This document shows positions 22,451-32,885 of a DNA stretch of 64,000 nucleotides, in pieces. The stretch lies in assembly GCA_042408215.1 (NCBI GenBank), contig JAYFMW010000005.1:512001-576000 (forward strand), read 5' to 3'. How positions within the stretch are numbered: the first letter of the stretch is position 1; each line of letters begins with the position of its first letter. A program made the position numbers and the translations under genes. The notes beneath the pieces were generated by a model. The model was not told where the DNA came from and did not search any database. It saw only the letters and a list, made by a program, of their open reading frames with translations. The DNA comes from Microcoleus sp. (GTDB taxonomy: Bacteria; Cyanobacteriota; Cyanobacteriia; Cyanobacteriales; Microcoleaceae).

Positions 22451-23344
22451 ATGTCAAAACAGCTCAATTCAAATCCCCCACGCGCCATCATCAGCGCCCC
22501 CATCGGACTTCTCGCAGGCTTCACCTATCCTTTTCGAGCTTTCACTCTACTTTGGCAAACTCCCAAGCTCTGGGGTTATGTACTGGTTCCAGTAGTGCTC
22601 AATTTGATAATTGGGATCGGTCTTTATTTGGGCTTGCTATTTCCGAGTTTGTCAGGAATAGACATTTTCGTTGCCGATTTATCCCTGCGTTTTAATACTT
22701 TAATCGCTAGTTTTCCAGCTTGGCTGAGTTTTCTCGCCGTCTTAACAGTCGCTTTCGGCTGGCTGCTGCGAATACTGCTAGTAGCGGGACTTTTGCTAAT
22801 AATTGGATTTTTGTTAGTGCAGTTTGGTGTGATTTTGGGTTCCCCTTGGTACGGCGAATTGTCGCAACAATTGGAACTCCTGCGGAATGGTCAATTACCA
22901 TCAGAAGCACCGATGAATTTGAGGAGTATTTTTCAGGATATCCAAAGGGCGATCGCCTTTGAATTGAGAAAATTACAAATTTTGTTGAGCTTCGGAATAC
23001 CGCTGCTATTGCTGAATTTTGTCCCTGGCTTCGGCTCTATTTTGGGAAGTTTAGGAGGGGTAGCTTTGGGAGCAACTCTTGTCTGTTTAGACTTTTTAGA
23101 TGCACCTTTGGAGAGGCGCAGGCGACCTTTTCAGGAGAAGTTAGAAATAATTCGGGGAAGTTTCCCCGCTAGCGCAAGTTTTGGTTTAGTTTGTTTGGGT
23201 TTGGTGAGTATTCCGCTGTTAAATCTGTTGGCTATTCCGCTATGTGTGACGGCGGGGACTTTGTTTTTTTGCGATCGCATTTGGCCCACTCGTTTTGCCC
23301 CACAGGAGCAAATTAGCGATCGAGAAACTAACATTGCTACTTAA
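22451..23344 (+). CDS. EI24/CysZ-like membrane protein
   Basis: Multiple TM segments; GSPWYGELS, DFLDAPLERR and IPLLNLLAIPLCVTAGTL motifs. Confidence 0.8.
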   Translation: MSKQLNSNPPRAIISAPIGLLAGFTYPFRAFTLLWQTPKLWGYVLVPVVLNLIIGIGLYLGLLFPSLSGIDIFVADLSLRFNTLIASFPAWLSFLAVLTVAFGWLLRILLVAGLLLIIGFLLVQFGVILGSPWYGELSQQLELLRNGQLPSEAPMNLRSIFQDIQRAIAFELRKLQILLSFGIPLLLLNFVPGFGSILGSLGGVALGATLVCLDFLDAPLERRRRPFQEKLEIIRGSFPASASFGLVCLGLVSIPLLNLLAIPLCVTAGTLFFCDRIWPTRFAPQEQISDRETNIAT

Positions 23345-23362
23345 AAACTGTTACAAACAGTG

Positions 23363-24280
23363 ATGAGTTACTGCATCAATCCCAAGTGTACAAACCGAGA
23401 AAATTCTGATGGATCTCAAATTTGTCAGAGTTGCGGGACGGCTTTGCTAATTTGCGATCGCTATCGTATAATCAAGCCAGTGCGATCGGCAAATCCCGCA
23501 CTCCCTACAGAAATTTTTGAAGTCACAGATTGGGGAACCGAGGAAAACCAATGGGGAACTGTCAAAGTTTTAAAAGTCTTGAAATATACTCATAATCCCC
23601 ACTTAGTCCGATTCTTTAAACAGGAAGCGCGAGCGTTAATTTGGCTGGCGGAAAGTACCGGAATTCCGCAAGTGGAACCTGACGGATATTTTACTATTCA
23701 ACTCCCCAATACATCCCATAAATTGTCCTGTTTAGTGATGGAAAAAATACAGGGAGAAACTTTAGCAGCATTCTTAAATATCAACCAGCACGGATCTCAA
23801 AACTTAGCTATAGATTGGCTGCAACAACTGACAAATATTTTGCAGTCCATCCACAAATATCATTTAGTGCATCGGGATATTAAGCCCTCTAACTTGATGA
23901 TTCAACCGAATGGTAAATTGAGACTAATTGACTTTGGGGCTGTGGGAGAAGCAGAGATAGATACAACGCCCATAGGTTCTGCTGGATACTGCGCCCCGGA
24001 ACAAATTATCGGTAATGCTGGTGTGCGATCGGACTTTTTTGCAATGGGGCGCACTTTTGTACATTTACTCACAGGTATACCGCCGATCGACTTTCCGACA
24101 GATGAGAAAACTGGTAAAATTAATTGGAGGAATCAGACTGTAGAGGTTGACAATTTCCTCGCCGATTTTATTGATGAATTGATGGAACCGCAGCCGGAAA
24201 AAAGACCTGAAAATAGTCAAGTTATTTTAGAAAAACTCAAAACTATAAGCCTTTTGATTACCAGCGCTGAACCGAAGTAA
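23363..24280 (+). CDS. Ser/Thr protein kinase with N-terminal 4-Cys ribbon
   Basis: YCINPKC...CQSCG; VHRDIKPSN, LIDFG, GYCAPEQ. Confidence 0.92.
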   Translation: MSYCINPKCTNRENSDGSQICQSCGTALLICDRYRIIKPVRSANPALPTEIFEVTDWGTEENQWGTVKVLKVLKYTHNPHLVRFFKQEARALIWLAESTGIPQVEPDGYFTIQLPNTSHKLSCLVMEKIQGETLAAFLNINQHGSQNLAIDWLQQLTNILQSIHKYHLVHRDIKPSNLMIQPNGKLRLIDFGAVGEAEIDTTPIGSAGYCAPEQIIGNAGVRSDFFAMGRTFVHLLTGIPPIDFPTDEKTGKINWRNQTVEVDNFLADFIDELMEPQPEKRPENSQVILEKLKTISLLITSAEPK

Positions 24281-24284
24281 TAAT

Positions 24285-24354
24285 GCCCAATGCCCTATGC
24301 CCAATTCCCCATTCCCCATTCCCAATTCCCCATTCCCCATTCCCCATTCCCCAA
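24285..24354. repeat. STRR (CCCATTC/CCAATTC) tandem repeat
   Basis: Directly visible between convergent genes. Confidence 0.85.
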
Positions 24355-24981
24355 TCAATAAATTTGTTCCAACCTGCGAAAATCTCGCTCAACTTCCGCC
24401 CACAAAGCCCGATTGTGAGGGTCAGTTTTTACAGCCTTTTTCAAATAAATTCTCGCCTTATCAACCTGTTTTTCCCCAATTAAATGCCGTCCCCAACGCT
24501 GATACACGATCGCCTGCCACTGACGCACCTCCGCATCGTCGGGAATCCGCTGTGCCAAACCCTCCACTAGGGCGATCGCCCGTGGGAACCTTTGATACTT
24601 CAGCAACTGCTGTAATTGGAAATAAGCATCTTGCTTTAACTTTTCTTCCGCAGTCGAAAACTCCTGGCTATCTTGAGTTGGCCACGGTTTCCGAGTCACC
24701 TTAACTCCCTGCGGTTGAGTTTTCGCCGCCTCCGATGTCGGTGTCGCCGCCGGCTGCTTAGTATAATTGGGAACTTTCGACTCCAACCCATCGGGAACAG
24801 CAACACTCACCAAGAACTTATAAGCCTCAGTAATCGCCATAAACTTATTCTTCGCTGCTTCGTTTCCCGGATTCACATCGGGGTGATACTGTCTGGCTAG
24901 CTGCCGATAAGACGCCTTAACTTGCGACAAACTCGCACCAGACTTGAGTCCTAACTGTCGGTAATAATCTGCAATATCCAT
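24355..24981 (-). CDS. DnaJ-domain protein with C-terminal TPR-like helices
   Basis: DYYRQLG...YRQLARQYHPDVN (HPD motif). Confidence 0.9.
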   Translation of the reverse strand: MDIADYYRQLGLKSGASLSQVKASYRQLARQYHPDVNPGNEAAKNKFMAITEAYKFLVSVAVPDGLESKVPNYTKQPAATPTSEAAKTQPQGVKVTRKPWPTQDSQEFSTAEEKLKQDAYFQLQQLLKYQRFPRAIALVEGLAQRIPDDAEVRQWQAIVYQRWGRHLIGEKQVDKARIYLKKAVKTDPHNRALWAEVERDFRRLEQIY

Positions 24982-25111
24982 TTAGTATAAATCATCGTTG
25001 ATAATACCATTAAATATGGCAGAATCCTTAAATGTAAAGATTCTGCCAAAATTTACTGCTAACTAGGTTGTAGCGCCAGCATTTCCCGCACTACTGAACC
25101 GAAAAAATAAC

Positions 25112-25705
25112 TTAAGAACGTTCGTCAATCACGCGATCGATCAAACCATATTCCTTAGCTTCTTCAGCCGACATGAAATAGTCGCGATCCATGTCTTTTT
25201 CGATTTTCTCGATCGGCTTGCCCGTATTTTTAGCATAGATACCGTTGAGTTGGTGGCGCAGTCGCAGAATCTCCCTAGCCTCAATCTGAATATCCGTTGC
25301 TTGTCCTCGCGTGCCCCCAGAAGGTTGGTGAATCATAATGCGCGAGTGAGGCAAAGCTAACCGTTTTCCCTTGGCACCAGCAGCGAGCAGGAAAGAACCC
25401 ATCGAAGCAGCCAAGCCCACACAAATCGTCACCACGTCGGATTTAATGTGCTGCATGGTATCAAAAATAGCCATGCCAGCCGACACCGAGCCGCCTGGGG
25501 AATTGATGTATAAAATAATATCCTTACCCGAATCTTCCGAATCCAGATAGAGCATTACAGCGATGATTTGATTGGCAATTTCATCGTCCACGTCTCTGCC
25601 CAAGAATATAATCCGTTCCCGGTAGAGGCGATCGTAGATATTAATCCACTGAGTATCGTAACCACCTGGCATTTTGTAGGGAACTTTTGGCACACCTATA
25701 GGCAT
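25112..25705 (-). CDS. clpP: ATP-dependent Clp protease proteolytic subunit
   Basis: [16 protein letters not shown] (Ser), IMIHQP (His), DMDRD (Asp). Confidence 0.95.
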   Translation of the reverse strand: MPIGVPKVPYKMPGGYDTQWINIYDRLYRERIIFLGRDVDDEIANQIIAVMLYLDSEDSGKDIILYINSPGGSVSAGMAIFDTMQHIKSDVVTICVGLAASMGSFLLAAGAKGKRLALPHSRIMIHQPSGGTRGQATDIQIEAREILRLRHQLNGIYAKNTGKPIEKIEKDMDRDYFMSAEEAKEYGLIDRVIDERS

Positions 25706-25724
25706 AATTCGGAACTCCGTTTAG

Positions 25725-25808
25725 TTGGTAATTGGTAATCGGGTATTGGGCATTGGGCATTGGGCATTGGGCATTGGGCATCGGGCATTGGGCATTGAGC
25801 CTTGGTAA
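25725..25808. repeat. STRR (ATTGGGC) tandem repeat
   Basis: Directly visible. Confidence 0.85.
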
Positions 25809-25906
25809 TTGTTAGTCATTAAAAGACTATTCAATAACTAATCTCGGTAGAAACTACTACTCATGCCCTATGCGCTATGCGCTATGCCCCATTACCCATT
25901 CCCGAA

Positions 25907-26566
25907 TTAGATAACTCCCGCAGCAAGGGGTTTTGGCAATTCTTCCGAACTTTCCAGAACGCGATCGATCAAGCCGTATTCTTTAGCTTCATGGGGCGTT
26001 AGGTACAGCAACCGATCCATATCTTTGGTAATCTTGGCTAAGGGCTGACCAGTACAACTCGCAAAAATATCAAGCATCGTCGCTTTATTTGCCAAGACTT
26101 CCTTCGCCCGAATTTGAATGTCGCTTGCTTGACCCCGCGTGTAAGCCTTGGGTTGGTGCAACACAATGGAAGCATGGGGCAAACTAGCCCGACAGCCCTT
26201 TGTGCCAGCCGCTAACAGCATCGCAGCCATCCCCATTGCCGAACCGAGGCAAATAGTGTGCACGGGCGGCTTAATGTACCTGATCGTGTCGCAGATAGCA
26301 AAAGCTTCCGTTTCAAAGCCGACCGGTTCGCCGCTGTAACCAGAAGTGCCAGTCGAGTTGATGTAGATTTTGATTGGCTTATCAGGGTCTTCGTACTGCA
26401 AAAACAGCAGTTCAGCGATAATCAGTTCTGTTACCGCAGGCACCAGAGGCATACCCAGATAAACGATCCGCTCCTTCAGCAACAGGGAAGGTAAATCAGG
26501 AGGCGGTGTCCGAGAGTTGCCTTCCCCGTAGTATTGCGATTGCACAGCTTTAATGGGTGTGTTCAT
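25907..26566 (-). CDS. clpR: Clp protease non-catalytic subunit ClpR
   Basis: RTPPPDLPSLLLKERIVYLG, YINSTG; catalytic Ser absent (GSAMGMAA); upstream of clpP. Confidence 0.9.
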   Translation of the reverse strand: MNTPIKAVQSQYYGEGNSRTPPPDLPSLLLKERIVYLGMPLVPAVTELIIAELLFLQYEDPDKPIKIYINSTGTSGYSGEPVGFETEAFAICDTIRYIKPPVHTICLGSAMGMAAMLLAAGTKGCRASLPHASIVLHQPKAYTRGQASDIQIRAKEVLANKATMLDIFASCTGQPLAKITKDMDRLLYLTPHEAKEYGLIDRVLESSEELPKPLAAGVI

Positions 26567-26883
26567 GTTTTTTTTTGCCTGGGGACGCCCACCATACTTC
26601 GGCTACGCTCAGCACAAGTAGCTATACTCAGCTTGAGGGCATCGAAGAAAGGAGGGCAGATAGCGGTCACGCTCGCCAAGTCGAAGTGTCCTCGACTTAA
26701 TTCGAGTATAAAATGCGGGTTTTTATTTGGAAACCTGCAAAACCAACTCCCATGTATGGGGTAATGTTCGCCTCCCCGCACTTACCCAGAGGGTTAGCGG
26801 TGGGTTGTTGACAAACCGAAATGTTGCCTGAACTCATGGAGTTATTCTTAAAGAAATAGTAACGCAATCTTTAGGTATCCCGC

Positions 26884-28119
26884 ATGAAAGTTAGTTTGCT
26901 CCCTGCTTTAAATGACACCAACCTTGACGCAGCAGCGCCCTCGACGCAGCGCCAGCTAGCGATTTCGGTGTCTGCGACCACCTCGGAACTCGACGACCGC
27001 GTACCCTTAAACCTGTGCCTGATTCTCGACCACAGCGGTTCGATGAACGGACGTCCTTTGGAAACCGTCAAACAGGCCGCCGGACGGCTGTTGGACAGGT
27101 TGAAGCCTGGGGATCGCTTTTGTGCGGTTGCTTTTGACCACAAAGCTACAGTCCTTGTCCCCAACCAAATTGTGGAAGAACCCGCTAGTATTAAACGGCA
27201 AATTGAGAGATTGCGTCCAGCTGGCGGAACAGCAATTGATGAGGGCATTAAGTTAGGTATTGAAGAGTTGGGTAAAGGGAAAAAAGAAGCTATATCTCAG
27301 GCATTTCTGTTGACAGATGGCGAAAACGAACACGGCGACAACAACCGCTGTTTGAAGTTGGCAAAACTGGCCGCTGAGTATAACATGACTTTGAATTCTC
27401 TGGGATTTGGGGATAACTGGAACCAGGATATTTTGGAAAAGATTGCTGATGCTGGTGGCGGTGCTCTGGCTCATATTCAGCGTCCTGAAGATGCCGTTGA
27501 GGAGTTTGGTAAGCTGTTTACCCGCGTGCAATCTGTAGGTTTGACTAATGCTTATTTGCTATTTTCGCTGATGCCAAATGTGCGGTTAGCCGAACTTAAA
27601 CCGATCGCCCAAGTTGCCCCAGATACGATCGAATTACCGGTGCAGCAAGAGGGCGATCGCTTTATGGTACGTTTGGGAGATTTAATGAAGGATGTAGACC
27701 GAGTTGTTTTGGCTAATATTTATATTGGACAGTTACCTGAAGGCAGACAGGCGATCGGGCAATTGCAAATTCGCTACGACGATCCGACAGTCGGTGCAGG
27801 TTTGCTCTCCGAATCGGTTGCTGTTTCTGCTAATGTCATGAAAGTTTATCAGCCGGCAATTAACCCAATGGTACAGCAACACATTTTAGCTTTGGCTAAA
27901 TACCGCCAAACTCAACTTGCCGAAACTAGATTACAGCAGGGCGATCGGGCCGGCGCGGCAACGATGCTACAAACAGCGGCTAAAACTGCTCTGCAAATGG
28001 GCGATAAAAGTGCCGCAACTGTCCTACAAACCTCTGCTACTCGCTTGCAATCCGGTGAAGAATTGAGTGAGGGCGATCGCAAGAAAACTCGGATTGCTTC
28101 TAAAACTGTGTTGAAGTAA
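26884..28119 (+). CDS. vWA domain protein
   Basis: MIDAS motif LDHSGSM, GGT, LLTDGEN. Confidence 0.9.
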   Translation: MKVSLLPALNDTNLDAAAPSTQRQLAISVSATTSELDDRVPLNLCLILDHSGSMNGRPLETVKQAAGRLLDRLKPGDRFCAVAFDHKATVLVPNQIVEEPASIKRQIERLRPAGGTAIDEGIKLGIEELGKGKKEAISQAFLLTDGENEHGDNNRCLKLAKLAAEYNMTLNSLGFGDNWNQDILEKIADAGGGALAHIQRPEDAVEEFGKLFTRVQSVGLTNAYLLFSLMPNVRLAELKPIAQVAPDTIELPVQQEGDRFMVRLGDLMKDVDRVVLANIYIGQLPEGRQAIGQLQIRYDDPTVGAGLLSESVAVSANVMKVYQPAINPMVQQHILALAKYRQTQLAETRLQQGDRAGAATMLQTAAKTALQMGDKSAATVLQTSATRLQSGEELSEGDRKKTRIASKTVLK

Positions 28120-28172
28120 TCTCCTGGTTTGTAATTCTCAGGAAATCCGGCGATTGGAATTATTAGAAATTA

Positions 28173-28235
28173 GGACACGGCATTGCCGTGTCCCTACAAT
28201 ATTATTTTCGGTAGGGACACGGCAATGCCGTGTCC
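28173..28235. repeat. REP-like palindrome doublet (GTAG-type)
   Basis: GGACACGGCATTGCCGTGTCC-CTAC and the inverted GTAG-GGACACGGCAATGCCGTGTCC. Confidence 0.8.
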
Positions 28236-28344
28236 TCTATATCATAGGTCGTGCAACCGAAATTGATATCACAGGTTAAAAATTGTGGATGCTTTAGATG
28301 CTCGATCGTCTATAATTTTTGTATTACCTATAAAGAGTGTTTGT

Positions 28345-28911
28345 ATGAGCCAGACAATATCTGATCGAGTACGCTTTACTACCGCTGATTTAGAACTATT
28401 GCCTGATAATGGCGATCGCTATGAAATTATTGATGGAGAGTTATTTGTGACCAGAGCACCGCATTGGCGCCATCAACAGACTTGTGGCAGATTTTTTTCT
28501 GGCCTTGATACTTGGTCGATGTCTACTGGTTTGGGACGAGCCGCAATCAATCCAGGCCTTGTTTTCACTGATGCTGATAATGTTATACCCGATGTAGTTT
28601 GGGCTAGCAACGAACGCTTGGCTATTTTGCTAGACGAAGCGGGACATTTAACCGCCGCACCAGAGTTAATTGTTGAAGTATTGTCCCCCGGTGCAGACAA
28701 TGAAAGACGCGATCGAGATTTGAAACTCCGACTCTATTCGGTGCGAGGAGTACAGGAATACTGGGTTGTAAATTGGCAGTTGCAGCAAATTGAGGTTTAT
28801 CGCAGGGAACAAGCAAGTTTAAGGCTAATTGCTACGCTGTTGAGCAATGATGAACTTACCTCGCCTTTATTACCCGGTTTTAGTTGCTCTGTAGCTCAGA
28901 TTTTTGCCTAG
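28345..28911 (+). CDS. Uma2 family putative endonuclease
   Basis: RYEIIDGEL, VIPDVVW, APELIVEVLSP, GVQEYWVV. Confidence 0.9.
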   Translation: MSQTISDRVRFTTADLELLPDNGDRYEIIDGELFVTRAPHWRHQQTCGRFFSGLDTWSMSTGLGRAAINPGLVFTDADNVIPDVVWASNERLAILLDEAGHLTAAPELIVEVLSPGADNERRDRDLKLRLYSVRGVQEYWVVNWQLQQIEVYRREQASLRLIATLLSNDELTSPLLPGFSCSVAQIFA

Positions 28912-28914
28912 AAC

Positions 28915-29148
28915 ATGAAAACACCAGTTTACAATTTAGGCGATGCCTACTACAACCGCAACCGAGTCCGCGAATTCTTAGAAGACAAACCGGGTGCGAT
29001 CGCCGATTATCGAAAAGCCGCCGAACTCTATCAAAAATCCGGCAATACAAACGATTATCAAGATGCCCTCAAAATCTGCAAATACTACTTCCTAAAACAT
29101 AGTATAGTATTCTTCTATCTGCGTTCGTCCGCGTTTATCTGCGGTTAA
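28915..29148 (+). pseudogene. Remnant of a TPR-protein C-terminus
   Basis: AYYNR...GAIADYRKAAELY is a single TPR-like unit with no N-terminal part. Confidence 0.5.
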
Positions 29149-29173
29149 AAATTCCAAATTAACTATTCAAACA

Positions 29174-30196
29174 ATGTCCGTAATTTCCACCATCACCGTC
29201 ACCGTACCCGCTACAACCGCCAACTTAGGCCCCGGTTTTGACTGCATCGGGGCTGCTTTAAGCCTCTACAACTCCTTCCAATTCTCACGACTCGCACCCT
29301 CAGCAACCGAGAAACTAAAAATTACCGTTACAGGCGCAGAAGCAGCCAAAGTCAAGACAGATGACAGCAATCTCGCCTATGTAGCATTTGTCACTTTGTA
29401 CGATCGCCTCAACCAATCGCCGCCACCCGTCGCCATACACATAGATATGCAAGTGCCGCTGGCTAGAGGTTTGGGAAGTTCCGCCACAGCTATTGTCGGT
29501 GGGTTAGTTGGTGCAAATGAGTTAGCTGGTGCGCCTTTGAGTCAGGTGGAAGTGATGCAGTTGGCGATCGAACTTGAAGGACATCCCGACAACGTTGTCC
29601 CCGCTTTACTCGGAGGTTGTCGGCTGGCTGCTAGCGATGCACCCCTCCCCACCCACGGGGGCGGGCACGCACCATCCACCGCCCCTACGGAAAACCAGGA
29701 TTTTGTAGGGGTAGTGCCCCCGTGCCTACCCTCCCTCAGTTGGCAAATTTGCGATATTCCGTGGCATCCTGATATTGTGTCGGTGGTAGCCATTCCCGAT
29801 TTTGAACTTTCTACAGCCGAGGCGCGCCAAGTTTTGCCTAGTGATTACAGCAGGGCTGACGCGATTTTCAATGCTGCACACCTGGGTTTGCTGGTGCGGG
29901 CTTTGGCTACGGGCGATCGAGATTGGCTGCGCTGCGCCCTCCAAGACAAAATTCACCAGCCTTACCGCCGATCGCTGATTCTGGGATATGAAGCTGTGCA
30001 AGAAGCTGCGTTGAATGCTGGGGCTTGTGGGATGGTGATTAGCGGTGCAGGGCCGACGCTTTTGGCTTTAACGGATGTTACTAATGCTGTTGCGGTTGTG
30101 AGGGAAATGGCGGCTGCTTGGGGGGATTTTGGGGTGAAGGCTGATGTAAGGGCGATTTCTCTTGATACTGAAGGTGCACAAGTCTTGATGGGGTGA
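29174..30196 (+). CDS. thrB: Homoserine kinase (with in-frame repeat-derived insertion)
   Basis: [44 protein letters not shown]. Confidence 0.95.
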   Translation: MSVISTITVTVPATTANLGPGFDCIGAALSLYNSFQFSRLAPSATEKLKITVTGAEAAKVKTDDSNLAYVAFVTLYDRLNQSPPPVAIHIDMQVPLARGLGSSATAIVGGLVGANELAGAPLSQVEVMQLAIELEGHPDNVVPALLGGCRLAASDAPLPTHGGGHAPSTAPTENQDFVGVVPPCLPSLSWQICDIPWHPDIVSVVAIPDFELSTAEARQVLPSDYSRADAIFNAAHLGLLVRALATGDRDWLRCALQDKIHQPYRRSLILGYEAVQEAALNAGACGMVISGAGPTLLALTDVTNAVAVVREMAAAWGDFGVKADVRAISLDTEGAQVLMG

Positions 30197-30249
30197 TAAT
30201 CTCCAAGTGCGATCGAATTAAGCAGCTATACACAATCTATCCTTTAATT

Positions 30250-32885
30250 TTAGGATAGATCTGTACCTTCCAATCGCAGGAAATGTACTCGTCCTGAAAG
30301 CTCACCAGCCACAATTGTTAAACCATCTGAAGTGACAGCACAGGACTGTACACTGGACTCTACAGAAAAACTTGCAACTATTTTGCCAGTTTGTATATGC
30401 CAAACTTTAATACTGTAATCTCCTGAAATTGCAAAGTCTCCAGATGGATTAACAACTACTGCATTAGCAGAATTACTATGAATAGAAAAGTTTTTTAATT
30501 CTGTCCCTTGGGCTATGTCCCAAAGTCTCACGGATTTATCTGTGGATGCTGAAATTAGTTGTTGGCTGTTGGGAGTAACAGCTATACTCGTAATTGACTC
30601 CCGACTATCGTGTCCATTCCATTTATTTAATAATTCTATAACCTTAATTTTATTGCCAGACTTAAAATCCCAAATAACTAATAAATTTCTAACTGTTCCA
30701 GCAATAATATACTTACCGTCAGGAGTAATAACAACTGACGTGATCGGCCTTAAATCTGTATCATATAACTCTCTAAAAATATTTTGAGACTCTAATTCCC
30801 AAATAATTATGCTATTGTTTAATGCTGAGACAATGTACTTTGAATCAGGAGTAATAGCTACTGTTTCAACTTCTCTTTCTGCCCTGCAATTTCCAAATAG
30901 TTTTTTTGTATTATGCAAGTTCCAAATTTGCACCCCTTTATAGCTTCCCTCACCTGACACAAAAGTTGATACAAATTTTTGACCATCTGGGGTAATAGCA
31001 ATTGATTTTATTCCGTTGTAGCCCCCTGGGAGAGTTTTGAGGGGTTTTTGAGAATCAATATCCCAAATGATTATAGTACCGTTTCCGTCACCTGAAATAG
31101 CTTGTTTTCCATCTGGGGTAATAGCTAGTGCCTGAACTGAACTACCGTGCTTGATGAGAGATTTGATTTTTGATTTTTTTTGTATTAATGTTAAATCCCA
31201 AATTTTAATAGTTTTCCACGCTCCGGTAACTAGCTGTTTACCATCGGGAGTAATAGCCAATGCTGTTACATATTGACCAGTATGAGCCTCAAAAGAACCC
31301 AATGGGATACCTGTTTTTAAACTCAAGATTTTTATTCCATATCGATCTTCAGAAGCTGCAACAACTTTAGTTTCATCGGGAGTAATAGCAATACGAGTAA
31401 TACAAGTTCCAAGCCAAGTTTCATCTGTTGTAAAATTTTTCAAAACTTCACCTGTTGATATATCGCAAACTTCAAATGGATTATCTCGTTTTCCTACTCG
31501 TGTTGCTACCAGGATTTTTTTCTCATCTTTTGTAAGACTAATGCCATAATTTGTAATACTAATGGCATAAAAATATCCCTCAAAGGTTTTGATTTCTCTT
31601 AGCAGTTGCCCAGTTTTTAAATCCCAAAGAATCAGTCTTTTGTCATCACTACCGGAAATCACTTTATCTCCATCTGGATGAATAGCTAAAACGCTCACAG
31701 ATTTTTGGTGTCCAATACAAGTACACAAGCACTCCCCTGTTTGTAAATCCCAAACTTTAAGAGTAGTATCATGTGATGCTGAAACAATATTTTTACCATC
31801 GGGTGTAATAGCAATAGCTCTGATAGATGACTGATGACCGATGAAAGTATCTATATTTTCGCCTGTTTCGATATTCCAAATTTTGATGGTGCTATCCGTT
31901 GAAGCTGAAACTATTTGCTTACCATCTTTTGTTACAGCGACTGCATCAACTGAGCCATTATGTCCTGTGAGAGTTTTTAGAGGAGTTCCTGTCTTCATAT
32001 CCCAAACTATAAGACTTTTATCTCCTAAACCTGAAACCATTTTTGTGCCGTCAGGAGTAATAGCAATTGCTCGGACAAAAGAATTATCAGTTTGAAGAGA
32101 AAGAGTGCGTATTAAACTTTCACCTGAAGGCGTTAAGCTGGGTGTTAATGGACGCAGCCAAGCTGAATTATTATATTTTTCTACTTGCTCAATAAATTTA
32201 TCTAGTGTAGAAAAGGGTGAGGGTTTAATTTGAAATAACGTTTTTTAATCAAAAACATAAATTGATACCACGCGAATGGATACAAACAAATTAGCTTGAC
32301 CACCCAGTTAGTAGCCACTTCAACGAATTTATACCACCAATACAAAAATGGATAAAGGGAGAATCTTGAAGGCAATTTATCGTTAATAAACTGTAATGGT
32401 TTAAACAGGATGTTTAATGTTACTTCTCTAGCAAATAACATTAGTGTTTCAACCAATTCTGGTGGTTCTTTGCAAAAAACTATTACTTTTTTCAACAGGA
32501 TTTGTGGCAAAGACTTCGTTTCAAATTCAGACTCGTCTACACTCCTGTAAGATATCAAACGCCCAACCAGTTGACTGGGGAGTTGACTGGGATCGTCAGT
32601 TAAAACATTGGCCGACATCCTAATCGCACCTTGAATTAATCTCAGGCTATCTACTTGATCCTCAGATAGCAGCAAATTAGAATTTGTTGCTAAGTCGTAA
32701 TCCGAAATAAGTGACTGCACTCCTAATTTAGAAACTTTAGCTTCAAGAAAATCTAATTTAGTTAGCGTCTTGTAAAACTTTTCTGTCTTTCCTGCTTCAG
32801 CCTGAGAATACGGTAATCTTTTTAGGTAAGACCGTTGCATATCAGGTGTTTTTTTTGCTAATTTTTGGGCAAATTCACTCATCAT
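30250..32885 (-). CDS. APAF-1-type helical domain + WD40 repeat protein; one frameshift in an A6 run at ~32241-32246
   Basis: ORF 32202..32885 (LDFLEAK..LGVQSLISDYD...LRLIQGAIRMSANVL..DPSQLPSQLVGRL) continues in the frame of 30250..32040 through WLRPLTPSLTP..LIRTL into roughly 13-14 WD40 repeats. Confidence 0.8.

Noticed and set aside
25907..26566. ClpP lacking catalytic Ser as a novelty
   Set aside because: Expected for cyanobacterial ClpR.
11084..26781. Small ORFs made of PMPYALC, PIPHSPF or MKDEGSR-type repeats (11084, 19357, 24283, 24297) and the ORFs at 26534/26563
   Set aside because: Translations of STRR/SDR repeats or intergenic DNA, not credible genes.
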